This document shows, in pieces, positions 18,997 through 27,892 of a DNA stretch of 64,000 bases. The stretch lies in IMG/VR virus record IMGVR_UViG_3300022744_000001, positions 354,022 to 418,021 of that record. One strand, 5' to 3'. Within the stretch, counting starts at the first letter, position 1, and every line of letters begins with the position of its first letter. Origin of the DNA: a virus. The notes under the pieces were generated by a model. That model was not told the DNA's origin and did not search any database. It was given only the letters and a program-made list of their open reading frames with translations. The position numbers and the translations under genes were made by a program.

Positions 18997-20490
18997 TCAC
19001 CCCTTGAACTTGTCGCCGTACTCGTCGTTCATGTCCTTCCACTTGGCCGCATCTTCCTCGCTCATGTTCTCGGTCGGGTCCGCAGGCTTCCCAGACTCAA
19101 AACGGGAAAGACGAAGGCCAGGGGGCAACGTATCGGGGTCGAACTGCTGCTTCCCTCGGCTGAGGGAGAGCATGAGGCGAGTAGAAAGCTCCTCTTGGGC
19201 TCCGACAGACTTCAAAACGGGCCCCAGCTCGCCCGCAAGCCATGCCAACTCCTGGATGGCCCACTTGTACTGCCCACCCTCATACTTGCGCATGGCAAGG
19301 ATAGCGTGGGTCTTGATGGACTCGAACGTAGAGTACAAACCCACAGCCTGGTCTCGAGGTGGGGTTTCAAAATCCGCGACCTTGCTCTCCTCAGAGGCAA
19401 AGTTCGTCATGGGACGACCCGAAGACAACGTAGCCAAGTTCTTGCGGAGCATGACCAAAGGCAACACGGGGACCCCGTACGCCGAACCAATCACACCAAG
19501 ACCATCGACAAGCCCCAGAAGGGAGTAGAACAGCTTGCCCGTATTACCCTGGGCGTACGCTGCCATGGCCTTGCGGGCGTACAGCATGAGTTCCTCGACC
19601 CCCATCCCAACCTGCTCTTCGGTGCTGTTCTCAGGCGGGGGAGTCAGGAGCGCGGACTTGAAGTTGTCCTTGTTCTTCTCGTGCTCTTCTTTCCAGGTCT
19701 TGGCGTCTTCGGCGCTCATGTTCTCGGTCGGATCGGCGGGCTTGCCCTCCTCGAACCTGGAACGAAGTTGCTCTTCGCTCAGGCGAATCCCACCGGTACC
19801 AGGACCAACTACCCACGGCTCCTTGAGGGAGTTACCTGGGCCCCAAGCGTCATCGGCGGACTTGAAGTTGTCCTTGTTCTTCTCGTGCTCGGTCTTCCAC
19901 TTCTTGGCGTCCGCCTCATCCATGTTCTCGGTGGGGTCGGCGGGCTTGCCTTCCTCGAACCGGCTCCGGCGAGCCTCATCCGCGGAAGGGGACATGGCAG
20001 CAATGACCGTTTGGAGGGCTTGAGCGATCTTGCTAGTGCTCGGGCTCTCACCACGCTTTTGCTGGTCGTCGATCACGTTGGCGATATGGCGGAGCGCCTG
20101 TGCAACATCACTTCCAGTAGCCAGCTTCCTCATGGTCATCTCCTGTACCTTGGGTGCACGGCGGTCGAAATGACGAATCCGCACGTCTTTGAGCACGCTT
20201 TCCAACTCTTGTACCTTCTCGGGGCGAAGCTCTTGTTTCAGCTCCTCGTAGTCGAGACGAGAAGCTGCCAGAGCCGTCGCATCCAAAGCCTTGTCGAGAC
20301 GAAAGAGAGCGTCGGGGATGGCGTAGAGAAGGTCGGCTGCCACTTCGTAAATGTGGTTCTTCTGGGTAGACTCCGAAACGAGCCGCATAGCCCGGTCGAT
20401 ATACCCCTTCAGCTGCTCACAACGAAGGCGGGCATCAGTCAGTTCTTCCATGAGGTAGACTGTGATGCCCGCGGTCTTCTCTACCATCAT
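18997..20490 (-). CDS. Putative internal head protein with three 38-aa repeats
   Basis: RSRFEEGKPADPTENM..EDA..WK....K..D.FK occurs three times. Confidence 0.65.
   Translation of the reverse strand: MMVEKTAGITVYLMEELTDARLRCEQLKGYIDRAMRLVSESTQKNHIYEVAADLLYAIPDALFRLDKALDATALAASRLDYEELKQELRPEKVQELESVLKDVRIRHFDRRAPKVQEMTMRKLATGSDVAQALRHIANVIDDQQKRGESPSTSKIAQALQTVIAAMSPSADEARRSRFEEGKPADPTENMDEADAKKWKTEHEKNKDNFKSADDAWGPGNSLKEPWVVGPGTGGIRLSEEQLRSRFEEGKPADPTENMSAEDAKTWKEEHEKNKDNFKSALLTPPPENSTEEQVGMGVEELMLYARKAMAAYAQGNTGKLFYSLLGLVDGLGVIGSAYGVPVLPLVMLRKNLATLSSGRPMTNFASEESKVADFETPPRDQAVGLYSTFESIKTHAILAMRKYEGGQYKWAIQELAWLAGELGPVLKSVGAQEELSTRLMLSLSRGKQQFDPDTLPPGLRLSRFESGKPADPTENMSEEDAAKWKDMNDEYGDKFKG
19000..19968 (-). 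repeat. Three dispersed ~114-bp intragenic direct repeats (19000-19110, 19651-19764, 19855-19968)
   Basis: Visible DNA identity, e.g. catgttctcggtcggg and gacttgaagttgtccttgttcttctcgtgctc. Confidence 0.85.
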
Positions 20491-20541
20491 CGTCCCCTTG
20501 TTCTCTCAAGCCTTCGAGACGATCAGGGCACAAGAGGACTT

Positions 20542-21663
20542 TCAACCCGCGAATGCCTCGGGGAACTCCTCGAGCAGGGCGCGCTTGAACTCGTCCGTTT
20601 CCGCGGCAAAAATGGCGCGGATGACGTCGGGTCGGTCAGTGTAGTCAAGCTGAATACGTGCCAAACGCCGCTTCCAGTGGTCGTCGAACGAGTAGTTGTC
20701 GGGGAAATCCGGGCACAGGGCCTTGGCGATGGACCGACGGGCGTCCGCCGTCCCGTCCTTGCCCCCTGGGAGGGTCGAGGCGGCCGGTTGCAGAGGTTTC
20801 ACGGAGCCTGGGCCATTCGTGTTGCTGAACGAGATTCCTTCGACCGTCTTGGTGCTCAGAACCGGCTTTTCGACCGTCGTAGGGATGTAGATCTCTCCAA
20901 CTCCCGCCCCCCTGGTGGTCAGAGTAGAGGTGATGCCCTCGGACACGACCACCGCCGCCGCTTTCTTCATCGGTGCAGGAGTCGGGGTCGTCGTGGGGAG
21001 AATGCCTTTGGCAAGAAGTTCTGCGTCGTACACAGACTTTCGAGCCTCTTTGTCAGCCAGGTACTTCGCCTGGTCCTCTTCGCTGAGGCGAGCCAAATAC
21101 TCGCTCTCACTCAAACCCTCACCGGGGTCGATTTTCACAGCGTTGGCCTGGTGGATGGCCTCACCCGCACGAGACATATCGGTCGAAGTCTTGGCCGAAG
21201 TCTTGAAAGTGCGAGCCACGGGACGGGCATCTTGGGGCTCAATGTCATAACCATGCCCTCGAGCCGACGCGGCACGTTGCTGGTTTGCACTCGCCACACG
21301 AGTTTCACGAGAGCCCACCACACGTTCATCCGACTGCACCGTGACAGCAGCAGTCCGAACCGGAGGCGTGGTCAAACTCTGCTCGTTGGTTACAGCCGGT
21401 CGAAGCCCAATGTTGGCTGAAACCGGGGCAGCCATCGGCCCACCGGGAACGTACTTGGCGCTGGGCACCAACCACCCCAGACGAATCGCACCCCGAAGCT
21501 GGGGCAGCATGTACTTTTCCTCGTTGAAAACGACGGTGGTACCGTCAAAGAGGATTTCCGAGCCATCGGGGATGTTCTGTCCTGTGGTACCCAACGCGAA
21601 AGACCGCGTTGCAATATAAGACTCGAACTTGTTGGCGGAGAATTTGATCTGATCCTGATTCAT
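20542..21663 (-). CDS. Hypothetical protein (head module)
   Basis: 373-aa ORF with AGGAGG SD. Confidence 0.6.
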   Translation of the reverse strand: MNQDQIKFSANKFESYIATRSFALGTTGQNIPDGSEILFDGTTVVFNEEKYMLPQLRGAIRLGWLVPSAKYVPGGPMAAPVSANIGLRPAVTNEQSLTTPPVRTAAVTVQSDERVVGSRETRVASANQQRAASARGHGYDIEPQDARPVARTFKTSAKTSTDMSRAGEAIHQANAVKIDPGEGLSESEYLARLSEEDQAKYLADKEARKSVYDAELLAKGILPTTTPTPAPMKKAAAVVVSEGITSTLTTRGAGVGEIYIPTTVEKPVLSTKTVEGISFSNTNGPGSVKPLQPAASTLPGGKDGTADARRSIAKALCPDFPDNYSFDDHWKRRLARIQLDYTDRPDVIRAIFAAETDEFKRALLEEFPEAFAG

Positions 21664-21696
21664 CTGGGGCCTCCTATAGGGGGCCTATGACAAGTA

Positions 21697-21743
21697 AATT
21701 AAAGACCAAGGGGCAGACGGCCCGAAGACCGACTGCCCCTTGG
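21697..21743 (-). terminator. Rho-independent terminator after the HU gene
   Basis: CCAAGGGGCAG-TCGGTC-TTCG-GGCCGT-CTGCCCCTTGG then TCTTTAATTT; UUCG tetraloop. Confidence 0.8.
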
Positions 21744-21765
21744 GTACCTCTAACGAGGTTTCAGG

Positions 21766-22083
21766 TCACTTCTTCTTGGAGTCGTGAACCTGGCCGACTT
21801 CCACCTTCAACGCGCGGAAGAAACGCGCCTTGAGCTTCTTGCCCTCGGGCTTCGCCGCGATGGTGATGGAGGCACCGGTCAGAGGGTTGCGACCCTGACG
21901 CTCCGGACGCTTGGGCGTCTTGGCCACCGTGATCTTCACGACGCCGGGGAACGCGAAGACCTTGTTCTTCTTCAGCTCGCGCACGGCCACGTCCTTCAGA
22001 GCATCCACCACGAGACGCACCTGGGTACGGTTGAGGTCCGGCACGCGCTTCGAGATTTCCTTCACCATTTCAGTCTTGTTCAT
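21766..22083 (-). CDS. hup: HU/IHF-family DNA-binding protein
   Basis: MNKTEMVKEIS...FAFPGVVKI...RQGRNPLTGASITIAAKP; true start at MNKT (22083). Confidence 0.9.
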   Translation of the reverse strand: MNKTEMVKEISKRVPDLNRTQVRLVVDALKDVAVRELKKNKVFAFPGVVKITVAKTPKRPERQGRNPLTGASITIAAKPEGKKLKARFFRALKVEVGQVHDSKKK

Positions 22084-22183
22084 TTTGGGTTCCTTCCGAT
22101 CTGGTTCATCTCGGGGGGTCTGGCACCACTTGTGTCGCTGGTACCTTATCCCCGTATGTCTAGGGGTTTGTATAAAAGGAAAA

Positions 22184-22453
22184 TCACTCCCCGGAATCCC
22201 AGGGTGTGATTTCAATGCTGGACACCGGGACGAGTTCTGCTTCCTCGTCACAATAGGCTTCGATGGGCGGAAGGTCATCCGCACTCATCGGGTCCTGCAA
22301 CACGGGGGTTTGCAGTTCTTCTTCGAACGCGCCCTCACCGTCTCGCTGAGTTTCGACCAAATTCAGATCTGTAAGCGTGGCAATCGATACCGCACCCTTC
22401 TGGTACATATCAAAGAGTGCAGAGTCCTTGGCGCCTTTGTCCGAAGCAGTCAT
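22184..22453 (-). CDS. Small acidic protein containing a portal-like peptide
   Basis: 89 aa; ALFDMYQKGAVSI matches portal ALFNLYQKGSVSI; follows the capsid terminator. Confidence 0.6.
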   Translation of the reverse strand: MTASDKGAKDSALFDMYQKGAVSIATLTDLNLVETQRDGEGAFEEELQTPVLQDPMSADDLPPIEAYCDEEAELVPVSSIEITPWDSGE

Positions 22454-22471
22454 TGGAAGCTAGGTACACCG

Positions 22472-22510
22472 AAAAACAAAAGGGCCGCTCGGTTTTCCCG
22501 AGCAGCCCTT
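22472..22510 (-). terminator. Rho-independent terminator after the major capsid gene
   Basis: AAGGGCTGCTCGG-GAAAA-CCGAGCGGCCCTT then TTGTTTTT. Confidence 0.85.
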
Positions 22511-22530
22511 CAAGTACCTACGCTGTCCGG

Positions 22531-23403
22531 TCAGACGCGCGTGACGATCAAGCGCGTGAGGCCGCGGGGGTTGAACGCCCCGATGCCCACGTTCTCGAAG
22601 CACGAGAATCCGATCGTACGAGCCTTGGGGTCGTCCGCCGAGAGCACGGTGAGTTCCGTACGGACGGGGAAGCGACCGAAGTTCTCGGGCTCGCAGCACA
22701 CGTAGATGAAGCCCGCAGGTACCAAGCGGCTCGTGATGATCTGGGCGCCCCAAAGGGTTGCCTGGAGACCAGTCTTGAGCAACACGGCCTGAGACTCGAT
22801 GTCCAAGATGTCACGGCCGAACTTGCGAATATCCGCGTAGTCCGTGGCGTTCATGTAGATACGAGCCACGCGCAAGTCGTGACGCTCGATTTCCGCGAAC
22901 GCATCCGCAAGCACCGAGGGGCTGACCGGGGCCACGACGTTGATGTCGGGGTTGGTCTGACCGGCGAGGGTGTCGAAACCCGAGACAGCGATGCTGTCCA
23001 GGATGGCGAACACGCGCTCGTCTTCCGCCGCCTGAATCTGGGCCTTCGCCAGGTCCTGAGCACGCTCGATGAGGTCGAAGCGGCGCTCCTTGATCTGGGT
23101 GAGGGGGATTTCAGGGTTCGAGGCGATCTCGAACAAGGGGAAGATCACGCGGCGAGGCTTCTGGATGGCGAGGATGTTTTCACCCTCTTCACCCACCACG
23201 TACGCCGTGACATCCGGATCCTTGTCGTAGATCGGCAGGGCACCATCAGGGAGCTGCTCCACGAGGAAGGTCTTACGACCCACCGCCGTGTAGTCGCGCC
23301 GAGAACGGAGCGGCTGAATCATCGAAGCAGCGAGCTTCGCGCGACCGGCAGCGGTCTTGATGTACTCGCTGATGATTTGCTGTTTGACTTCGTTGCTAAC
23401 CAT
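22531..23403 (-). CDS. Major capsid protein (HK97 fold)
   Basis: Gene order protease-scaffold-decoration-MCP-terminator; motifs VGRKTFLVEQLPDG, PLFEIASNPEI, AAEDERVF, IYMNATDYADIRK, ENVGIGAFNPRGL; highly biased codons. Confidence 0.85.
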   Translation of the reverse strand: MVSNEVKQQIISEYIKTAAGRAKLAASMIQPLRSRRDYTAVGRKTFLVEQLPDGALPIYDKDPDVTAYVVGEEGENILAIQKPRRVIFPLFEIASNPEIPLTQIKERRFDLIERAQDLAKAQIQAAEDERVFAILDSIAVSGFDTLAGQTNPDINVVAPVSPSVLADAFAEIERHDLRVARIYMNATDYADIRKFGRDILDIESQAVLLKTGLQATLWGAQIITSRLVPAGFIYVCCEPENFGRFPVRTELTVLSADDPKARTIGFSCFENVGIGAFNPRGLTRLIVTRV

Positions 23404-23424
23404 GTTCGTGCCTTCCTTTCTTTT

Positions 23425-24042
23425 TCAGACCCGGAGGTCCAGCACGAGCATGGGCGTGTTGGCGTCAGGAGCCGCCTTCACGATGCCCATGATGGTTGCA
23501 GATCCGCCCTGAAGAACCTCGTAAGAGTCAGCAGAGCGATTGGTGAGGAGACCGTTCGCGCTTGCGTAAAGCAAGTCACCGGCCGCATAGGTCAGAGCGG
23601 TACCCGCCGAGCCACCCTGAAGCTGGGCAGTCTCGTAGAGGGTCACTCCGATGCACGAGCCCGAACCGCACACGTACGGTCCACGACCGCTGGCAACGCC
23701 AGGGGTGTTCTCGTACGCATTGCCGACGGCATCATTGATGAAGATGCCGAGGGGTCGGATACCGGCAAGGAACGCGGGACCCGCGTTCACGACCGGGCCA
23801 CCGATCACGTTGTTGCCAGCCTGGGGGCGAGTGAAGGCGACAGAGCCGCCCAACACACCGACCTTCGTGATGTTGGCAAGAGTAGTAGACTTGACGTTGG
23901 TGCTCGTGTAGACGACCGGATTCGCCTGGGTGAATGCGTCGGCTGCCAAGGCACCCACAGAATTGCGGGTGACAATGTGGAACAGCTGCACTCGACCAGA
24001 GGTCTCCTTGAAGTCACCCGAGCTTTGTCCGTACATTGGCAT
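23425..24042 (-). CDS. Capsid decoration/cement protein
   Basis: Immediately upstream of MCP; PLGIF...SGRG...YAAGDLLYASANGLLT...GIV..AP (beta-tulip-like). Confidence 0.7.
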   Translation of the reverse strand: MPMYGQSSGDFKETSGRVQLFHIVTRNSVGALAADAFTQANPVVYTSTNVKSTTLANITKVGVLGGSVAFTRPQAGNNVIGGPVVNAGPAFLAGIRPLGIFINDAVGNAYENTPGVASGRGPYVCGSGSCIGVTLYETAQLQGGSAGTALTYAAGDLLYASANGLLTNRSADSYEVLQGGSATIMGIVKAAPDANTPMLVLDLRV

Positions 24043-24123
24043 GAATGCTCCTTGTAGAGAAAAGCGGGGCTACCCTCATTTACATTTTCATCTAGGCAGC
24101 CCGACGGGCTGAGGAGACGCTAG

Positions 24124-25506
24124 TCAGCGGCCGTTGATACCGAACGCCGAACTCACATCCGGAGACGAGTTCCACATCGAGGAGAGGTTCGAGACGTCGT
24201 CTCGCTTGCCACCCACCGAGGGGAGTCCGCCAAGCTGGCTCACGCCCTGGGTAGGACGGGTACCAACCGTGCGGGTAGAAGCGGTGCGAACCGCATGGGC
24301 TTGCTTCTGCTGACCCTGACCCTGCTGGGCCTGCTCAGCATCTTCGGACTCCTGGTTGGCGAAGAGCTTGCGAAGCACTTCGTCATCCGTGGCGGTCATG
24401 GCGAACTCGCCCATGTCCATGGCCGGAGCTTCAAGCTCGAGGCCCATGTCTGCCACCATGGGGTCCTGCTGGGACAGCATGTCGTCGATGAGCTGCGAAT
24501 CAGCAACCTGCTGTTGCTGGCTCATGGGGCCCATGCAAGCCTGAGTGGCTTCCATGGCAGCCTTCACAGGATCCTTGCCGCTGGCGATAGCGTCCGCCAT
24601 GGCCTTCTGGATGCGGGCAGCGGCCTGCTTCTGCTGGTCTTGACCCTGGTCCTGTTGACCCTGGTCCTGCTGAGCCTGCTTCTGGCCCTGGTCCTGCTGA
24701 CCCTGATCCTGCTGACCCTGATCCTGGGCCTGCACTACCTGGGGCTGCTGGGCAACCTGCTGTTGCTGGGCAACCTGCTGCTGCTGAGCCTGCTGGAGCA
24801 GCTGAGCAACCTGCTGCTGCATCTGGGCAAGCTGCTGCTGAGCCTGCTGGAGCTGCTGGGCAACCTGCTGCTGCTGAGCCTGCTTCTGACCCTGGTCCTG
24901 CTGGCCCTGGTCCTGCTGGCCCTGGTTGGCTTCCTTGTCCTGGCCCTGGTCCTTGCCCTCGGCCTTGTCCTTCTTCTCCTCGTTGAACTTCTTCAACGCG
25001 GGGGGAAGTTCACCAGCCTGCTTGTCCTGGTCCTGGCCTTCATCCTGGCCCTCGTCCTGGTCCTGCTGCTCCGCCACCAGACGCTTGTAGGTGGCAGCAA
25101 GCTCGACCTCGGGGAGGTGCATAAGGCTGGTCGCCTGAGCCTCCACAGAGGTCTCGGAAGCGGTCTTGGGCAACATCGCCCTGGACACAGCCACGGCGAG
25201 GGATGCCTTCGAGATCAGAGCGGCCTCAGAGGCCGTCTTCTCGGGGTGGTTGAACGTGTCCTTGCGGAACTCCGGCTGGCCGATCTCGTTGCGCTTGACC
25301 TGATCACCGCTGTACTCGGCACGCCAGGTACCGGCCGACGGGTGGGGGTCTTCAGCAAACGTCGAAGGGTCCCCGATCACGTACTTGTCGCCGGGAGGGT
25401 TCTTGCTGACGTGGTCCTGATTCATCAGGTACGGGTCCGCACTCTTCATGTGGCTCGCCCTCTTGGCGATCTCTTCGCGGTTCCAGGTGGTGCGCTCGCG
25501 GGACAT
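24124..25506 (-). CDS. Putative prohead scaffolding protein, Gln-rich
   Basis: Between protease and decoration/MCP genes; low complexity; many K-x-A sites. Confidence 0.7.
   Translation of the reverse strand: MSRERTTWNREEIAKRASHMKSADPYLMNQDHVSKNPPGDKYVIGDPSTFAEDPHPSAGTWRAEYSGDQVKRNEIGQPEFRKDTFNHPEKTASEAALISKASLAVAVSRAMLPKTASETSVEAQATSLMHLPEVELAATYKRLVAEQQDQDEGQDEGQDQDKQAGELPPALKKFNEEKKDKAEGKDQGQDKEANQGQQDQGQQDQGQKQAQQQQVAQQLQQAQQQLAQMQQQVAQLLQQAQQQQVAQQQQVAQQPQVVQAQDQGQQDQGQQDQGQKQAQQDQGQQDQGQDQQKQAAARIQKAMADAIASGKDPVKAAMEATQACMGPMSQQQQVADSQLIDDMLSQQDPMVADMGLELEAPAMDMGEFAMTATDDEVLRKLFANQESEDAEQAQQGQGQQKQAHAVRTASTRTVGTRPTQGVSQLGGLPSVGGKRDDVSNLSSMWNSSPDVSSAFGINGR
24630..25070 (-). repeat. Intragenic low-complexity tandem repeats (QDQGQ and QQQQVA units)
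   Basis: Repeated 15-bp CAGGA(C/T)CAGGG(C/T)CAG and 18-bp CAGCAGCAGCAGGTTGCC-type units. Confidence 0.85.
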
Positions 25507-25550
25507 TGCGGGGTTTCCTTTCCTTGTGGAGAGCAGTATAAAAACTTCCG

Positions 25551-27155
25551 TCAGAGGCCCGTCGAGAACAGCTTGCCCTTTTCAACCAGCAAGGCCCTCT
25601 CAGAGTCCGTTAGCCCTCGACCCATGAATTTAGAACATGCATCGAGGTACCTATTTACATCTGGGTATCGACCGGTGCCGCCAACTGCGACCACGGTCCT
25701 ATAAACTCTAGCCTCACCGGCCATTGACGCTCTCTTCTGGATTCGCCCCATAAGACGATCCGCGACGAGGATCTCCGAACCGGTGAACCTGTTCGCCTTA
25801 CGGACAAGTTCCCATCCCCCTTTGGAGTAAAGGATCATTGCCGCAAGGATACTGCGTGCTTTCTCAGCATCGCTAACGCTGGCGACCACGGTCTGTGCTC
25901 GCTCGCGCCACTCAACAAACTGCAAGGCAGACTTGATGAGGGACTCGTTGGATTTGTTCTCGTCGAGGACTGACTTTGTCTTCTCGGCCTCAGACTGAGA
26001 AATCTGGTCCTTGACCTTCTCAGTGACCTTGTCCACGAGCGTGTTGTAGAGGTCATCCACGTGCTTTTTGAGAGGGTCAGTTGGCGCCTTCGATTCCTGC
26101 GAAGGCGCATTCATCCCGTCATCAAAAGCTGCGAGTTGACCCAACCGCTCACGACGAGCCAGGGCGGCTGCTTCCACCGCGACATTGGGTTTCGACGCCT
26201 TGAGGTACCCAATGGAGGGCCCTTCGTAGAGATACGCAGAACCGTCCGAGGGGACCACCTGCTGAGGCTGCCAACGAGCTGCCTTCTGGATGGCGTTGGG
26301 GTCAGCCACTTCAACCGGCATCTGGAAAGCCGCCTGCATCTTGTACCCGGCCATTTCAGCGGCCTTGGGGTCCAGAATATTGCGGAGAACAGCACCCTTG
26401 AATGCAGGGTTTGCAACCCAAGAGGCTTCAATGAATTTCACCGACCCGGGCTCGGTCGCGATGTGACCGCAGAGTTCAGCGATCTTCCGCCGCTGGCCTG
26501 CACCGTCGAGGAAGAAGTTGCCCTTCTCATACTTGATGTGACGGCAAAGTTGAGTTTCATCTTCGGCCACGTTCCCGCACTTGGTGCAGATGGTGAACGA
26601 GACCTGGCAACCCATGGACAGGGTGCCGAGCTGACCGCTTGTGATGGCTCCAATGAGCGCACGATGCTTGCGCTCCGTTGCCACGAGGATGTCGATGTAG
26701 ATCGAGTCCCCGATATCACGAGCCGCCGCGTCAATGATTCGACCCTTGCTCAGCTCCGGAATCTGAACGTGCTCGACGTAGTTCTGACCTCCCACGAAGG
26801 TGCGGAACGAAGCCAGGAGCAGCTTGCGCTCGAACGCATCGTGGTTGTTGTTGACGTACTTGGTAGAGCCAACGCCAACGTAAAAGTCAGGGTACTTCCG
26901 GTCAACCTGCACCCCATCAAAAAGGTGCTTGCCCAGGGGCATACCCATGGGTGACTCGGTATCGACCGAAGCCACAATCGTGCAGTGACTCAACAGATAC
27001 TGAGTAGGGTCATATTGGCCCAGTACAACCTGCGTCGCCCGCCTCATCTCAAAGGTGGACGACGGGCTCACCGCCGCATGACGAATCTGCTCCCAACCAT
27101 CGTGAGTGATCACGGGGTTGATAACGGCTGCCTTGGCGTACTTGGAAAAGGCCAT
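25551..27155 (-). CDS. Prohead maturation serine protease with Zn-binding insert and C-terminal extension
   Basis: NNNHDAF, NYVEH, KGRIIDA, LSMGC, CTKC..CRH..ELC, FIEASWVANPAF; HK97/assemblin-type layout. Confidence 0.75.
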   Translation of the reverse strand: MAFSKYAKAAVINPVITHDGWEQIRHAAVSPSSTFEMRRATQVVLGQYDPTQYLLSHCTIVASVDTESPMGMPLGKHLFDGVQVDRKYPDFYVGVGSTKYVNNNHDAFERKLLLASFRTFVGGQNYVEHVQIPELSKGRIIDAAARDIGDSIYIDILVATERKHRALIGAITSGQLGTLSMGCQVSFTICTKCGNVAEDETQLCRHIKYEKGNFFLDGAGQRRKIAELCGHIATEPGSVKFIEASWVANPAFKGAVLRNILDPKAAEMAGYKMQAAFQMPVEVADPNAIQKAARWQPQQVVPSDGSAYLYEGPSIGYLKASKPNVAVEAAALARRERLGQLAAFDDGMNAPSQESKAPTDPLKKHVDDLYNTLVDKVTEKVKDQISQSEAEKTKSVLDENKSNESLIKSALQFVEWRERAQTVVASVSDAEKARSILAAMILYSKGGWELVRKANRFTGSEILVADRLMGRIQKRASMAGEARVYRTVVAVGGTGRYPDVNRYLDACSKFMGRGLTDSERALLVEKGKLFSTGL

Positions 27156-27158
27156 ATT

Positions 27159-27878
27159 TCAGAACCAGGTGTGGGGTTCCCCGTTGGGAGCCAAGACAGA
27201 AGGTGGATCGATGAGGTAGAGACACTTGGGGCAAGCGAACAACTTGTGCTTGGCTCCCTTGTTCATCCTGTAGGTCGCCCGACGCATCTTGGTCGCGCAC
27301 TTGGGGCATGCGGGCTTGCCGCACTTGAGGTCCTCGGCCGTTGCACGGTACTGCCGGTTCTGGGCCACCCAATACGCCGCGGTCCTTGCCGCATGTGCCT
27401 CGATACGCAGGTCTCCTGCGTTCCTGGCAAATGCGTAGAACTTAGCGACCTCATTCCGGAGTGCCTCATCATTGATGTTGGGCTGGTACGTCCGGTAGAG
27501 GTCGTCGTATGCCAGCACCTCGCTCGCTCCTTTGTGCCAGGAACGAGCAAGGTCAACATACAACGTCGGAGGGAGTTCCCGATGGCTCCACTGGCTCGAG
27601 GCCGACGCCTGCTTCCTTGCCTTCTCAATCTCAACCGAGTAGTAGCTCTGGTCGAAAGTGGGAGGCAGGAACCGGATGAAGTTCGGGTTGACTCGAACCA
27701 CATCGTCAGGGAAGACCCGTTCGTTGCCGAACGGCCACTGAACATCGAGGACCCCAAGGCCCTTGTGTACCGCAGTCACGCTACCGGCGTACGGGGACAG
27801 GTCGCCCGTGGTGACGTTGATCTTTTGGACCACGTCACCCTGGCTGAAGTCCTTCGTAAGCTTCCAGTAGTCGATCAC
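27159..27878 (-). CDS. SH3-like plus C4 zinc-ribbon head-module protein
   Basis: FSQGDVV..GSVTAV..LDVQWPFG; CPKC...CPKC. Confidence 0.6.
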   Translation of the reverse strand: MIDYWKLTKDFSQGDVVQKINVTTGDLSPYAGSVTAVHKGLGVLDVQWPFGNERVFPDDVVRVNPNFIRFLPPTFDQSYYSVEIEKARKQASASSQWSHRELPPTLYVDLARSWHKGASEVLAYDDLYRTYQPNINDEALRNEVAKFYAFARNAGDLRIEAHAARTAAYWVAQNRQYRATAEDLKCGKPACPKCATKMRRATYRMNKGAKHKLFACPKCLYLIDPPSVLAPNGEPHTWF

Positions 27879-27892
27879 GTGGGTACCTCAGT

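Noticed and set aside
18796-21420. 874-aa plus-strand ORF (also 14892..16643, 22417..24057, 30377..32125, 35613..37352 and others)
   Set aside because: Antisense shadows of strongly codon-biased minus-strand genes; no recognisable motifs
22531-23403. Encapsulin rather than phage capsid (small HK97 protein with a ferritin-like gene in the window)
   Set aside because: The terminase-portal-protease-scaffold-decoration context indicates a phage major capsid protein
24630-25070. Tandem repeats as a possible CRISPR array
   Set aside because: Codon-phase, degenerate, no unique spacers; encodes the Gln-rich scaffold
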